DNA from: Eledone cirrhosa
Lineage: Eukaryota
Length of the DNA stretch: 64,000 nucleotides
Reading direction: 5' to 3'
Assembly (NCBI GenBank): GCA_964016885.1
Contig: OZ024754.1
Location: 37,696,001 to 37,760,000, forward strand
A program made the translations under genes and the position numbers. Shown here in pieces: positions 39,781 through 54,516 of the stretch. The notes under the pieces are model-generated. The model saw only the letters and a list, made by a program, of their open reading frames with translations. It had not been told where the DNA came from and searched no databases. Positions within the stretch are counted from its first letter, which is position 1. Each line of letters begins with the position of its first letter.

Positions 39781-40073
39781 TATGTCGGTACCACAAAACA
39801 TCCAGCCCACACTAAAGTGGTTGTGTAGGTGACATGACATAAAGCAACCAGCACACACTGTAAATGTGGTTGGCTCTAGGAAGGGCATCCAGCCGTAGAA
39901 AACCAGCCAGAAACTGTCGTATATGAGCGAGACACGGTTACCCGACTCAATTTGCCTCTAAATGGGACAAACCTGACTAACCCATGCTAGCGTGGAAGAA
40001 AGACTTTAAACGACGAAGACGACGATGATGATGATGATGATGATGTATAAATATATATATATATATATATATA

Positions 40074-40570
40074 TAAATAATTTTGAAAACCGTACAATGC
40101 TTTAGAAAATTAAAAGTGATAAGATAATAAAATTTTACCGTAGCAAATTTTATAATCCCAAATATTTTCGCATTTAAAAATTTACTAAGGTAAGATTCTA
40201 TTGTTATCTTATCACTTTTGATTTTCTAATGCATTGTATGGTTTTCAAAATTATTTAAATTTGTGTTTCCTATTCAACAATGCCTCAATCAAACTACAAC
40301 ACTGGGTTTTTTACAAAATGAAAAATAACCGGTGTCCTACACGAGTGAAAGTGTAAGGAAAAAAGATGAAATCGAAAATGCAACTGGAGTCTTATTTTTA
40401 AAAATATATATATATTTATTTGGTTCCTTTACCGGTTTCGCAGTTATTCTGCTTTTCAAAAGTAGAGTTGAGATGGAGGGTCTGTAGTTTTTCTCTTATC
40501 TGGAACTAAATAAATATATATATTTTTTAAAAAATAAGACTCCAGTTGCATTTACGATTTCATCTTTTTT

Positions 40571-40580
<10 letters not shown>
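40074..40580. repeat. Two adjacent fold-backs (40074-40258; 40354-40576); the second has a UUGAAAA-variant hammerhead-like motif also at 28384-28419 and ~61220-61255
   Basis: Inverse-complementary arms of ~55 and ~70 bp. Minus strand CTT-TTGAAAA-GCAG(n5)CTGC-GAAAC-CG-GTA-AAG. Confidence 0.7.
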
Positions 40581-40605
<25 letters not shown>

Positions 40606-41235
40606 ATCATCATCATCATCATCTTCGTTTAACGTCCATCTTCCACGCTAGCATGGGTTAGACGGGAGTTGTCCCACTTGCGGCAAGGTTGGTCGGGTGA
40701 CTGTGTCTCGTTCGATATATATATCCTAGAACTTTAGTCTTTGTCACGTTTACTTTTAGATCTATCAATTCTAGATTTTACTTTCATATCTGGAATTTTG
40801 CCTGTAACTCTTCTACAAGTTTGGCCATCAGAAAACAGTAGATCCCATGGATAGCCAGTTTTAAACTCCCCTTTTTATGGCATGGAGAACAATCTATTGT
40901 AAATTAATAATATTTAATTGTTAATTTAAGAAAAGTACATTTAAAGGAAAGACAATGTCATTAAAAGGATTTAACAAAACTTTATTTTTTAGAAACAAAT
41001 ACAATTGATAGAGTGACCAACGATCTAAAAAGATATTTCCTACTTTTACTCCTAATATGATAGGTAGATAATTCGAAACAAAATTAAAGAAACACACATA
41101 TATATAATCAGGGAAAAGCGGACGCAAAATGATGATGATGATGATATATATATATATATATAAGCAGACCTGTCTAACCCATGCAAGAATGGAAAATAGA
41201 CATTAAACAGTGATGATGATGATATATATATAGAT

Positions 41236-41301
<66 letters not shown>

Positions 41302-41934
41302 TATACAGTTGTAAGGTTGCAAGTAAATGCGTCCGTATGCGGTATGCCGGTTGAGCACTCGATGCTCGCACAGAGCAGAGTATAATACTATAAAGAACGA
41401 GGAATCAGTGTTGCATCATGTCACATTATATTGTCACTGGATATTTTAGATAATATCATATATTTTCACTAGCTCTGACAGTTGGCAGGTGATCAGTGAG
41501 CTGTATTGATGAAGGGTAATCACCCAGAAACATTAGTATCTGCAGTGCTGTTTACATGCCAACACAAGAGCAAGAACGAGGGGCTCATTCTACTGATATG
41601 GCTTAAAAAAAGAGGCTATTTGCATAATTGCAAACGAATCGAATATTGTTATTAATATTTGAAAAACTGTATTCAGCCAAATAGAGCGATCATTTTTTTT
41701 TTAATATTTCAAAAAGATTTCTTTTATTTCACAAAATGTGGAAACATTTAATTTCATTCCAAAGTTTGGATCATCAACATTTATAACACGAGTAACTTGG
41801 GTTTAACCTCTATCAGTTGCAGGGTTCACAAATTCCGTTGCATGGTTTTGTTGTATGACAACAACACCTACCTGTAGTTGTAAACATAGGTTTAAATATA
41901 TCAAATGTCTATAGAAGTAAAAAAAAATGTTAGT

Positions 41935-42335
41935 TGATGATGATGACGATGGTGGGGGTGGCGGTGGTGGTGGTGGTGGTGGTGGTGGCGGTGGCGGCGA
42001 CTTTGGCGGTGATGGTGGTGATGATGATGACGACGATAAGAGAAGAAAAGATGATGATGGTGGTGGTGGTGGTGGTGGTGGTGGTGGTGGTGGTGGTGTT
42101 GATAATGGTAATGTTGGCGGTGGTGGTGACGGCGATGATGGTGGTGATGATGATGATGATGACGGTCATGATGATAATGGCGATGGCGATAAGAAGAGAT
42201 GATGATGGTGGTGGAGGTGGTAGCGTTGATGGTGATGACGATGGTGGTGGTGGTGGTGGTGGTGGTGTTGATTGTGGTGATGATAAAAATGGTGGTGGTG
42301 GTGGCGGTGGTGATGATGGTGATGATGATGATTAT
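41935..42335. repeat. Compound (GGT)n/(GAT)n trinucleotide low-complexity tract
   Basis: Direct reading; open in several frames on both strands. Confidence 0.95.
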
Positions 42336-42689
42336 GAGGCCAACCATATTTTGGGAAGTGCACTTTATCGACTCCGTAAGGATGAAAGGCAAAGCTAACC
42401 TCGGCGAGATTTGAACTCAGAACGTAAAGGGCCATAATTCTATAACGCTAAGCATGTTGTCCGACGCTCTACTGATTCTGCCAATCCATCACCCTAGCTA
42501 AAAATAATTAAGAATTAAGTAAAGCTTGTACAGTTACACTGGTAAGCTCGTGATTAAAGAACGAATGATGTTTTTTCTTTCTTTTAATTTACGTGTTTAC
42601 CGTGTCATTTATATCTCAAGTATTGTCATTTAGTACCCAGTAAGGGTAATTACACTTGCTTTTTCTTCTTCTTGTCCCACTTATTCCTG

Positions 42690-42942
42690 AGAGGGTCGTG
42701 TGAGCAGAGTCCTCAAACACTCCTTCCAGCGGGTTTGTCAGAAGCAACCGTCTCCAACTGGTCTGGATGAAACCCCAAGCGTGACGAGCGAAGCTCAAGG
42801 ATGTTATCAACCATGTTGCTCGGGGTCTACCCCGGAGTCTCCTACCTGTTGGTTTTGCCCATAAAATTTGTCCAACGATTCATTCCTGAGACATTCTAAC
42901 CACATGTCCATATTATCGGAACTATGATCTCTCAATTCGGAG
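42690..42942 (-). mobile_element. Degenerate RTE-LINE 3' fragment
   Basis: Minus strand LRIERS*FR*YGHVVRMSQE...WAKPTGRRLRGRPRATW, with stops. Confidence 0.75.
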
Positions 42943-43159
42943 AAAAAAAAAGAAACAAAAAACAAAACAAAAGGAATCCTAGTTCAAATTTTGTCATTAA
43001 CAAAAGAAAAAAAAAAAGTTAATGAATCAGATCTAAACAGATTCTTAGTATTTTTCTTTCCGCCATTTTTTTGCGACAGTTAGATCAAGAACAACGCTAT
43101 TGCTCGAGAATTTACGTTTCAATTTTTTTTCCAATTGAAAACGCAACAAGTCACACATA

Positions 43160-43214
<55 letters not shown>

Positions 43215-43709
43215 GCGCACCGCACACATACACACACACACACACATATACATACACACATACACACACACACGCACACATGCACACATATATACACACA
43301 CACGCACACACATAGATATATACACCATCTCCTCCAATTGGTAAAATAATATTGACGAAAGGTAATTCCGTCAATATTATTTTACCAATTGCTGGCCTTG
43401 TGCCAAAAGTAGAAATAATTATTTTACCAAACAATGGACTGGGGTAATTGCTGTCCTTGTGCCAAAAGTAGAAATATTATTTTACCAAACATCTCAGCAA
43501 GCAGCTGTATGTAAGAAAATCAATGGAGAAGGTACGCAACTGACATATTATTTCGCTAACTAAACATTTCCTTCGATGCGAATTAAAATTCCCAATATAC
43601 AAAGAAAGGAAATAGAAAAATAATAGAAAATAAAACCAAAATTCGGATAATTTTCGTCCATGCTGACCGTCTACAATTAATATAATTTTAAAAGAATTTT
43701 ACAGAACTG

Positions 43710-44169
<460 letters not shown>

Positions 44170-44170
<1 letters not shown>

Positions 44171-44390
44171 AATTTATGCGAATTTGTAGGGATATCCGAC
44201 TAAATACATAATTCATTTTACAAGGATTTGCTACAAACAACATAGCTGAACGCAACAACACCAACAACATTAAGGAAGTAGAGAAGGAAAACAACAAGAA
44301 AGGTAAACAAAATTTACATACAAACATACATACATACATACATACATACATACATACATACATACATACATACATACATACATACATACA

Positions 44391-44421
<31 letters not shown>

Positions 44422-44560
44422 TTTATTCGAATTCGTAGAGGGATCTGACTAAATACATTATACATTTTACAAGGATTTGCTACAAACAACATGGCTGAAC
44501 ACAGCAAGACCAGCAACATTAAGGAAGCAGCGAAGAAAATCAGCGAGAAAGGTAAACAAA

Positions 44561-44593
<33 letters not shown>

Positions 44594-44742
44594 CAAACAA
44601 ACATCTTTTCGAATTCGTAGAGATATCTGACTAAATACATAATTCATTTTACACGAATCTGCTATAATCAGCAAGGCTGAACACAAGGGCACCAAAATCA
44701 TTAAAGAAGTACCGAAGAAAAACGACAAGAAAGCTAAACAAA

Positions 44743-44775
<33 letters not shown>

Positions 44776-45409
44776 CATACATACATACATACATACATGG
44801 TGGCTGCCAACTCGTTTTCGAGTACGGCCACTACTTTATATCCATGTAGGAGAACCCCTACTGATGCGCTAAACGAGTGTGACTTTTCAGTCCAGCCAGC
44901 GACTTGAAAACTCGGGTACAAACACTACACTTGTGACAATTATTGACACATAGTGCTGGGCCAATGGTACCATGTCACGACAAGTGCAGAGGGATCTCCA
45001 GATATAAAGCAATGCCTGTGCCGTGAAGCTTTTATAGTGAGCAAAGGCACTGCACAAAGCCAGTCCCACTCTCTTAACCAAGATGATATTTACCAAAAAG
45101 AAGAACAAGTCAACATCATTGGATACCATCAGAGTTGCAGGTGTTATATCAGAGTTTTCCTTCTCCTAGAATTCTGCCTTGACAAACGCTAAGGGGTCAT
45201 CTCTCACGGTGATTTTGGATGGCCATTGACTCTTAAGAGCTCCTTTGCCCTTTGACAGGTTTTGTTTTTAGTCCTGCAGGATGTCCAAAGTCACCCTCCT
45301 CACCAAGCAACCTTGGTGGGGTTGCCAGTTTAGTCGCCAACGCCCCGACCATGAGACAGGTTGTACTGGGATACATGTTACCAGTAGCACCAACAGGTGA
45401 CCTGACATA

Positions 45410-45440
<31 letters not shown>

Positions 45441-46471
45441 CATGGTGGCTGCCAACTCGTTTTCGAGTACGGCCACTACTTTATATCCATGTAGGAGAAC
45501 CCCTACCGATGCGCTGAACGAGTGTGACTTTTTAGTCCAGCCAGCGACTTGAAAACTCTGGTACAAACACTACACTTGTGACAATTATTGACACATAGTG
45601 CTTTACTTTTGGTACCATGTGATGACAAGTGCAGAGAGATCTCCAGATACAAAGCAATGCCTGTGCCGTGAAGCATTTATAGTGAGAAAAGGCACTGCAC
45701 AAAGCCAGTCCTACTCTCTTAACCAAGATGATATTTACCAAAAAGAAGAACAAGTCAACATCATTGGATACCATCAGGGTTGCAGGTGTTATATCAGAGT
45801 TTTCCTTCTCCTAGAATTCTGCCTTGACAAAGGCTAAGGGGTCATCTCTCCCAGTGATTTTGGATGGCCATTGACTCTTAAGAGCTCCTTTACCCTGTCA
45901 AATGAGCTCTGAAGAGCCAATTGCCATCCAAAATCACTGGGAGAGATGACCCCTTAGCCTTTGTCAGGGCAGAATTCTAGGAGAAGGAAAACTCTGGTAT
46001 AACACCTGCAACCCTCATGGTATCCAATGATGTTGACTTGTTCTTCTTTTTGGTAAATATCATCTTGGTTAAGAGAGTGGGACTGGCTTTGTGTAGTGCC
46101 TTTGCTCACATACATACATACATACATACATACATACATACATACATACATACATAAATACATACATACATACATACATACATACATACATACATACATA
46201 CATACATACATAATACATACATAAATCTTTATTCGAATTCGTAGAGATGTCTGACTAAATACATATTTCATTTTACAAGAATCTGCTATAAGCAGCAAGG
46301 CTGAAGACAAGGGCACCAAAATAATTGAGGAAGTACCGAAGAAAAGGGACAAGAAAGGTAAACAAAATTTACATATATGCATACGTACATCTTTTATTCG
46401 AATTCGTTTGGATTTTATATTAATATTTCGAGATAAGTAAGCAGATCTCTTCTTTCAAATGTTAATTACAT

Positions 46472-46555
<84 letters not shown>

Positions 46556-46748
46556 ACACGCACACACACAGATACATACATACATGCGTGCATGTATGCA
46601 TGCATGCATACATACATAAATACATACATACATACATACATACATAGAGTGTAAGTGTGTGTGTGTGTACATACATGCATACATGCATACACACCCATAC
46701 ACACACAGACGCACACACATACAGACACACACAGACACACGCACATGC

Positions 46749-46806
<58 letters not shown>

Positions 46807-47164
46807 ACACACACACACACACACGCGCGCACAGACACACACACAGACACTCAAATTTATGCGAATTTGTAGAGATATCCGACTAAATACATAATTCATT
46901 TTACAAGGATTTGCTACAAACAACATGGCTGAACACAGCAAGACCAGAAACATTAAGGAAGCAGCGAAGAAAAGCAGCGAGAAAGGTAAACAAAATTTAC
47001 ATACATACATACATACATACAAACATCTTTTCGAATTCGTAGAGATATCTGACTAAATACATAATTCATTTTACACGAATCTGCTATAATCAGCAAGGCT
47101 GAACACAAGGGCACCAAAATCATTAAAGAAGTACCGAAGAAAAACGACAAGAAAACTAAACAAA

Positions 47165-47197
<33 letters not shown>

Positions 47198-48209
47198 CAT
47201 ACATACATACATACATACATACATACATACATACATACATACATACATACATCTTTATTCGAATTCGTAGAGATGTCTGACTAAATACATATTTCATTTT
47301 ACAAGAATCTGCTATAAGCAGCAAGGCTGAAGACAAGGGCACCAAAATAATTGAGGAAGTACCGAAGAAAAAGGACGAGAAAGGTAAACAAAATTTACAT
47401 ATATGCATACATACATCTTTTATTCGAATTCGTAGAGATACCCAAGTAGTACCTAATTCATTTTACAAGGATTTGCTACAAAGAGCCTGGCTGAACACAG
47501 CCTCAACAACATTATGGAAATACCGATCGAAAACAATGAGAAAGGTAAACAAAATGTACATACATACATACATCTTTTATTCGAATTCGTAGAGGTATCC
47601 GACTAAATACATTATTCATTTTACAAGGATTTGCTACAAGCAGCAAGGCTGAACACAAGGACACCAAAATAATTGAGGAAGTACCGACGGAAAAGCACAA
47701 GAAAGGTAAACAAAATTTACATACATACATGAATACATACATACATCTTTTATTCGAGTTCGTAGAGATACCCGACTAATACATAACTCATTTTACAAGG
47801 ACTTGCTATAAAGAGCCTGGCTGAACAAATCCTCAACACCATTATGGATGTACCAATCGAAATCAATGAGAAAGGTAAACAAAATGTACATACATACATA
47901 CATCTTTTATTCAAATTCGTAGAGGTATCCGACTAAATACATTATTCATTTTACAAGGATTTGCTACAAGCAGCAAGGATGAACACAAGGACACCAAAAT
48001 AATTGAGGAAGTACCGACGAAAAAGGACAAGAAAGGTAAATAAAATTTACATACATACATCTTTTATTCGAATTCGTAGAGATACCCGACTAAATACATA
48101 ATTCACTTTACAAGGATTTGCTACAAAGAGCCTGGCTGAACACATCCTCAACACCACTATGGAAGTACCGAACGAAAACAATGAGAAAGGTAAACAAAAT
48201 GTACATACA

Positions 48210-48240
<31 letters not shown>

Positions 48241-51200
48241 TTTATTCGAATTCTTAGAGATACACGACTAAATACATTATTATTTTACAAGGATTTGCTA
48301 CAAACGGCATGGCCGAACACAACATCAACAACATTATGGAAGTACCGAACGAAAACAATGAAAAAGGTAATCAAAATTTACATACATACATATATCTTTT
48401 ATTCGAATTCGTAGAGGTATCCGACTAAATACATTATTCATTTTACAAGGATTTGCTACAAGCAGCAAGGCTGAACACAAGGACACCAAAATAATTGAGG
48501 AAGTACCGAAGAAAAAGGACAAGAAAGGTAAACAAAATTTACATACATACATACATACATCTTTTATTCGAATTCGTAGAGATATCCGACTAAATACATT
48601 ATTAATTTTACAAGGATTTGCTACGAAAAGCCTAGCTGAACACATCCTCAACACCACTATGGAAGTACCGAACGAAAACAATGAGAAAGGTAAACAAAAT
48701 GTACATACATACATACATCTTTTATTCGAATTCGTAGAGATACCCGACTAAATACATAATTCATTTTACAAGGATTTGCTACAAAGAGCCTGGGTGAACA
48801 CATCCTCAACAACACTATGGAAGTACCGAACGAAAACAATGAGAAAGGTAAACAAAATGTACATACATACATACATACATACATCTTTTATTCGAATTCG
48901 TAGAGATACCCGACTAAATACATTATTCATTTTACAAGGATTTGCTACAAAGAGCCTGGCTGAACACATCCACAACACCACTATGGAAGTACCGAACGAA
49001 AACAATGAGAAAGGTAAACAAAATGTACATACATACATACATCTTTTATTCGAATTCGTAGAGGTATCCGACTAAATACATTATTCATTTTACAAGGATT
49101 TCCTACAAGCAGCAAGGCTGAACACAAGGACACCAAAATAATTGAGGAAGTACCGAAGCAAAAGGACAAGAAAGGTACACAAAATTTACATACATACATA
49201 CATACATCTTTTATTCGAATTCGTAGAGATACCCGACTAAATACATAATTCATTTTACAAGGATTTGCTACAAAGAGCCTGGCTGAACACATCCTCAACA
49301 CCACCATGGAAGTACCGAACGAAAACAATGAGAAAGGTAAACAAAATGTACATACATACATACATCTTTTATTCGAATTCGTAGAGGTATCCGACTAAAT
49401 AGATTATTCATTTTACAAGGATTTGCTACAAAGAGCCTGGCTGAACACATCCTCAACACCACTATGGAAGTACCGAACGAAAACAATGAAAAAGGTAAAC
49501 AGAATGAACATACATACATACATCTTTTATTCGAATTCGTAGAGATACCCGACTAAATACATAATTCATTTTACAAGGATTAGCTACAAGCAGCAAGGCT
49601 GAACACAAGGACACCAAAATAATTGAGGAAGTACCGAAGAAAAAGGACAAGAAAGGTAAACAAAATTTACATACATACATACATACATCTTTTATTCTAA
49701 TTCGTAGAGATACCCGACTAAATACATAATTCATTTTACAAGGATTTGCTACAAAGAGCCTGGCTGAACACATCCTCAACACCACTATGGAAGTACCGAA
49801 CGAAAACAATGAGAAAGGTAAACAAAATGTACATACATACATATATCTTTTATTCGAATTTGAAGAGGTATCCGACTAAATACATTATTCATTTTACAAG
49901 GATTTGCTACAAGCAGCAAGGCTAAAGACAAGGGCAACAAAATCATTAAGGAAGTACCGAAGAAAAAGGACAAGAAAGGTAAACAAAATTTACATACATA
50001 CATACATCTTTTATTCGAATTCGTAGAGATACCCGACTAAATACATAATTCATTTTACAAGGATTTGCTACAAAGAGCCTGGCTGAACACATCCTCAACA
50101 CCACTATGGAAGAACCGAACGAAAACAATGAGAAAGGTAAACAAAATGTACATACATACATACATCTTTTATTCGAATTCGTAGAGGTATCCGACTAAAT
50201 ACATTATTCATTTTACAAGGATTTGCTACAAGCAGCATGGTTGAACACAAGGACACCAAAATAATTGAGGATGTACCGAAGAAAAAGGACCAGAAAGGTA
50301 AACACAATTTACATACATACATCTTTTATTCGAATTCGTAGAGATACCCGACTAAATACATAATTCATTTTACAAGGATTTGCTACAAAGAGCCTGGCTG
50401 AACACATCCTCAACACCACTATGGAAGTACCGAACGAAAACAATGAGAAAGGTAAACAAAATGTACATACATACATACATCTTTTATTCGAATTCGTAGA
50501 GGTATCCGACTAAATACATTATTCATTTTCCAAGGATTTGCTACAAGCAGCATGGTTGAACACAAGGACACCAAAATAATTGATGATGTACCGAAGAAAA
50601 AGGATCAGAAAGGTAAACACAATTTACATACATACATCTTTTATTCGAATTCGTAGAGATACCCGACTAAATACATTATTCATTTTACAAGGATTTGCTA
50701 CAAAGAGCCTGGCTGAACACATCCTCAACACCACTATGGAAGTACCGAACGAAAACAATGAGAAAGGTAAACAAAATGTACATACATACATATATCTTTT
50801 ATTCGAATTCGTAGAGTTATCCGACTAAATACATTATTCATTTTACAAGGATTTGCTACAAGCAGCAAGGCTGAACACAAGGACACCAAAATAATTGAGG
50901 AAGTACCGAAGAAAAAGGACAAGGAAGGTAAACAAAATTTAAATACATACATACATCTTTTATTCGAATTCGTAGAGATACCCGACTAAATTCATAATTC
51001 ATTTTACAAGGATTTGCTACAAAGAGCCTGGCTGAACACATCCTCAACACCACTATGGAAGTACCGAACGAAAAGAATGAGAAAGGTAAACAAAATGTAC
51101 ATACATACATATATCTTTTATTTGAATTCGTAGAGGTATCCGACTAAATACATTATTCATTTTACAAGGATTTGCTACAAGCAGCAAGGCTGAACATAAG

Positions 51201-53340
51201 GACACCAAAATAATTGAGGAAGTACCGAAGAAAAAGGACAAGAAAGGTAAACAAAATTTACATACATACATACATCTTTTATTCGAATTCGTAGAGATAC
51301 CCGACTAAATACATTATTCATTTTACAAGGATTTGCTACAAAGAGCCTGGCTGAACACATCCTCAACACCACTATGGAAGTACCGAACGAAAACAATGAG
51401 AAAGGTAAACAAAATGTACATACATACATATATCTTTTATTCGAATTCGTAGAGGTATCCGACTAAATACATTATTCATTTTACAAGGATTTGCTACAAG
51501 CAGCAAGGATGAACACAAGGACACGAAAATAATTGAGGAAGTACCGAATAAAAAGGACAAGGAAGGTAAACAAAATTTACATACATACATACATCTTTTA
51601 TTCGAATTCGTAGAGATACCCGACTAAATACATAATTCACTTTACAAGGATTTGCTACAAAGAGCCTGGCTGAACACATCCTCAACACCACTATGGAAGT
51701 ACCGAACGAAAACAATGAGAAAGGTAAACAAAATGTACATACATACATATATCTTTTATTCGAATTCGTAGAGGTATCCGACTAAATACATTATTCATTT
51801 TACAAGGATTTGCTACAAGCAGCAAGGCTGAACACATGGACACCAAAATAATTGAGGAAGTACCGAAGAAAAAGGACAAGAAAGGTAAACAAAATTTACA
51901 TACATACATACATACATCTTTTATTCGAATTCGTAGAGATACCCGACTAAATACATAATTCATTTTACAAGGATTTGCTACAAAGAGCCTTGCTGAACAC
52001 ATCCTCAACACCACTATGGAAGTACCGAACGAAAACAATGAGAAAGGTAAACAAAATGTACATACATACATATATCTTTTATTCGAATTCGTAGAGGTAT
52101 CCGACTAAATACATTATTCATTTTACAAGGATTTGCTACAAGCAGCAAGGCTGAACACAAGGACACCAAAATAATTGAGGAAGTACCGAAGAAAAAGGAC
52201 AAGAAAGGTAAACAAAATTTACATACATACATACATCTTTTATTCGAATTCGTAGAGATACCCGACTAAATACATAATTCACTTTACAAGGATTTGCTAC
52301 AAAGAACCTGGCTGAACACATCCTCAACACCACTATGGAAGTACCGAACGAAAACAATGAGAAAGGTAAACAAAATGTACATACATACATATATCTTTTA
52401 TTCGAATTCGTAGAGGTATCCGACTAAATACATTATTCATTTTACAAGGATTTGCTACAAGCAGCAAGGCTGAACACAAGGACACCAAAATAATTGAGGA
52501 AGTACCGAAGAAAAAGGGCAAGAAAGGTAAACAAAATTTACATACATACATACATACATCTTTAATTCGAATTCGTAGAGGTATCCGACTAAATACATTA
52601 TTCATTTTACAAGGATTTGCTACAAAGAGCCTGGCTGAACACAAGGACACCAAAATAATTGAGGAAGTACCGAAGAAAAAGGACCAGAAAGGTAAACACA
52701 ATTTACATACATACAACTTCTATTCGAATTCGTAGAGATACCCGACTAAATACATAATTCATTTTACAAGGATTTGCTACAAAGAGCCCGGCTGAACACA
52801 TCCTCAACACCACTATGGAAGTACCGAACGAAAACATTGAGAAAGGTAAACAAAATGTACATACATACATATATCTTTTATTCGAATTCGTAGAGGTATC
52901 CGACTAAATACATTATTCATTTTACAAGGATTTGCTACAAGGAGCCTGGCTGAACAAATCCTCAACAACATTATGCAAGTACTGATCGAAGACAATGAGA
53001 AAGGTAAACAAAATGTACATACATATATACATCTTTTATTCGAATTCGTAGAGGTATCCGACTAAATACATTATTCATTTTACAAGGATTTGCTGCAAGC
53101 AGTGAGGCTGAACCCAACAACACCAACATCATTAAGGATGCACCGAAGAAAAATGACGAGAAAGGTAATCAAAATTTACATACATACATACATATTTTAT
53201 TCGAATTCGTAGAGATATCCGACTAAACACATTATTCATTTTAGAAGGATTTGCTACAAACCGGATGATTGAAGACAACGACACTAACAAGATTAAGGAA
53301 GTACCGATGGATAACAACGAGAAAGGTAAACGAAATTTAT
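44170..53340 (+). repeat. Second array of the same monomer; mostly an alternating 158+161 = 319 bp dimer from ~47.4 kb
   Basis: Same conserved core. Artefactual ORFs recur at 319-323 bp spacing (50734, 51053, 51372, 51691, 52014, 52333). Confidence 0.97.
44799..45411 (-). mobile_element. Un-inverted copy of the (TATG)n-tailed RTE-derived element, followed by a fold-back copy at 45444-46109
   Basis: Minus strand: 5'-UTR-like GGCGACTAAACTGGCAACCCC...TCTAGGAGAAGGAAAACTCTG, then CSVCTRVFKSLAGLKSHTRLAHQ*, then (ATGT)n. In the second copy 45682-45887 pairs with 45904-46109. Confidence 0.72.
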
Positions 53341-53775
53341 TCCGTTGTAGCTACAGACGAAACCGAAATTACAAATCGCATTTCTTTTGGAGTTGCGAAC
53401 GCAATCATGATTTATTTAATTGTTATAAAATGGCAAGAAAAAAATCCTTCCGTTAGCTACATGAACAGAATGAAGCTACTCTGGGACGAAATACATCCGG
53501 AGATAAATCATTTCACAGCCAAACAAATACGCCAACAAGCGATGTTTGTTGAACGTAAAAATAAGATAAATATTATTAATTGTAAGTCCCCCAGAACAAA
53601 CATGGACTCGACAACACGTGCTACAGTTCGCCATGCTACTAGACTTCCTAGCAGCCAGGTCAAACAGTGCCTTGAAACAACTATGCCTGTAAGAAAATTG
53701 ACACTCCGTGTACCATCTGAGTCTACCTCGACTGTTGTGGAAAACACTATCGATAATAGCACAATCGTTCGGCTA
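53248..53775 (+). pseudogene. Longer copy of the R4/Dong-like N-terminal ORF fragment after the last monomer
   Basis: FFWSCERNHDLFNCYKMARK / NPSVSYMNRMKLLWDEIHPE..., then an S/T-rich linker; same A-run frameshift as copy 1. Confidence 0.5.
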
Positions 53776-54366
53776 CCTGCCCAGGCTCTGCTGCCTGCCA
53801 AACCGAAGAGGGCAAACTATGCAAATATCCGCCGCTCTTGTATATGTTTGTGCTAGAGCCTGTATCAGTGGAGACTTCCAGCATTCTCGGCCCCTGGACC
53901 ACATCCCTACTCACTGCTATCGGAGAAGAGTTGGCTGCCCGCCTAAGCGAGCCCCCGAAGTAAAAAGGTCGTTCTAGCTTGTCTCCCTCATCGTACTCTG
54001 GGACAATGCATGCATTCTCCATCCTGCCTGTCGGGACCCATAGGTGGAGTATAAGTTAGTTGGTGGTAGAGGATACTTGTTCGGACTTCACTTTTACACG
54101 TGTTTTGAGTGCCTTTTTGTATCCATTCATTTCATATAATATATCAACAATAAAATCAATACACAAACACACTAAGACATTAACCTCTCCGATGTCAAAT
54201 GACGAAAAGGCCATAATATGAGCAAAGGCGAGCAGAATCCCTACTTGACATTACAAACCTGCTGTTCATGGAACAAATAGTGCTCTATCCAACAAAGGTT
54301 TAAAATGTCATAGACCTCTAGTTCTAATTTTACTTTTGTATCTATATTTATACATACATATATATA

Positions 54367-54502
<136 letters not shown>

Positions 54503-54516
54503 CATATATATATATA

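Noticed and set aside
41901-42435. Gly/Asp-, His- or Thr-rich ORFs
   Set aside because: Pure GGT/GAT trinucleotide tract open in most frames, with no splice or start context.
54058-54080. LTR primer-binding site (TGGTGGTAGAGGAT), related sequence at ~24470(-)
   Set aside because: Imperfect match to a tRNA 3' end, no TG...CA LTR or gag/pol nearby; left as an unclassified dispersed repeat.
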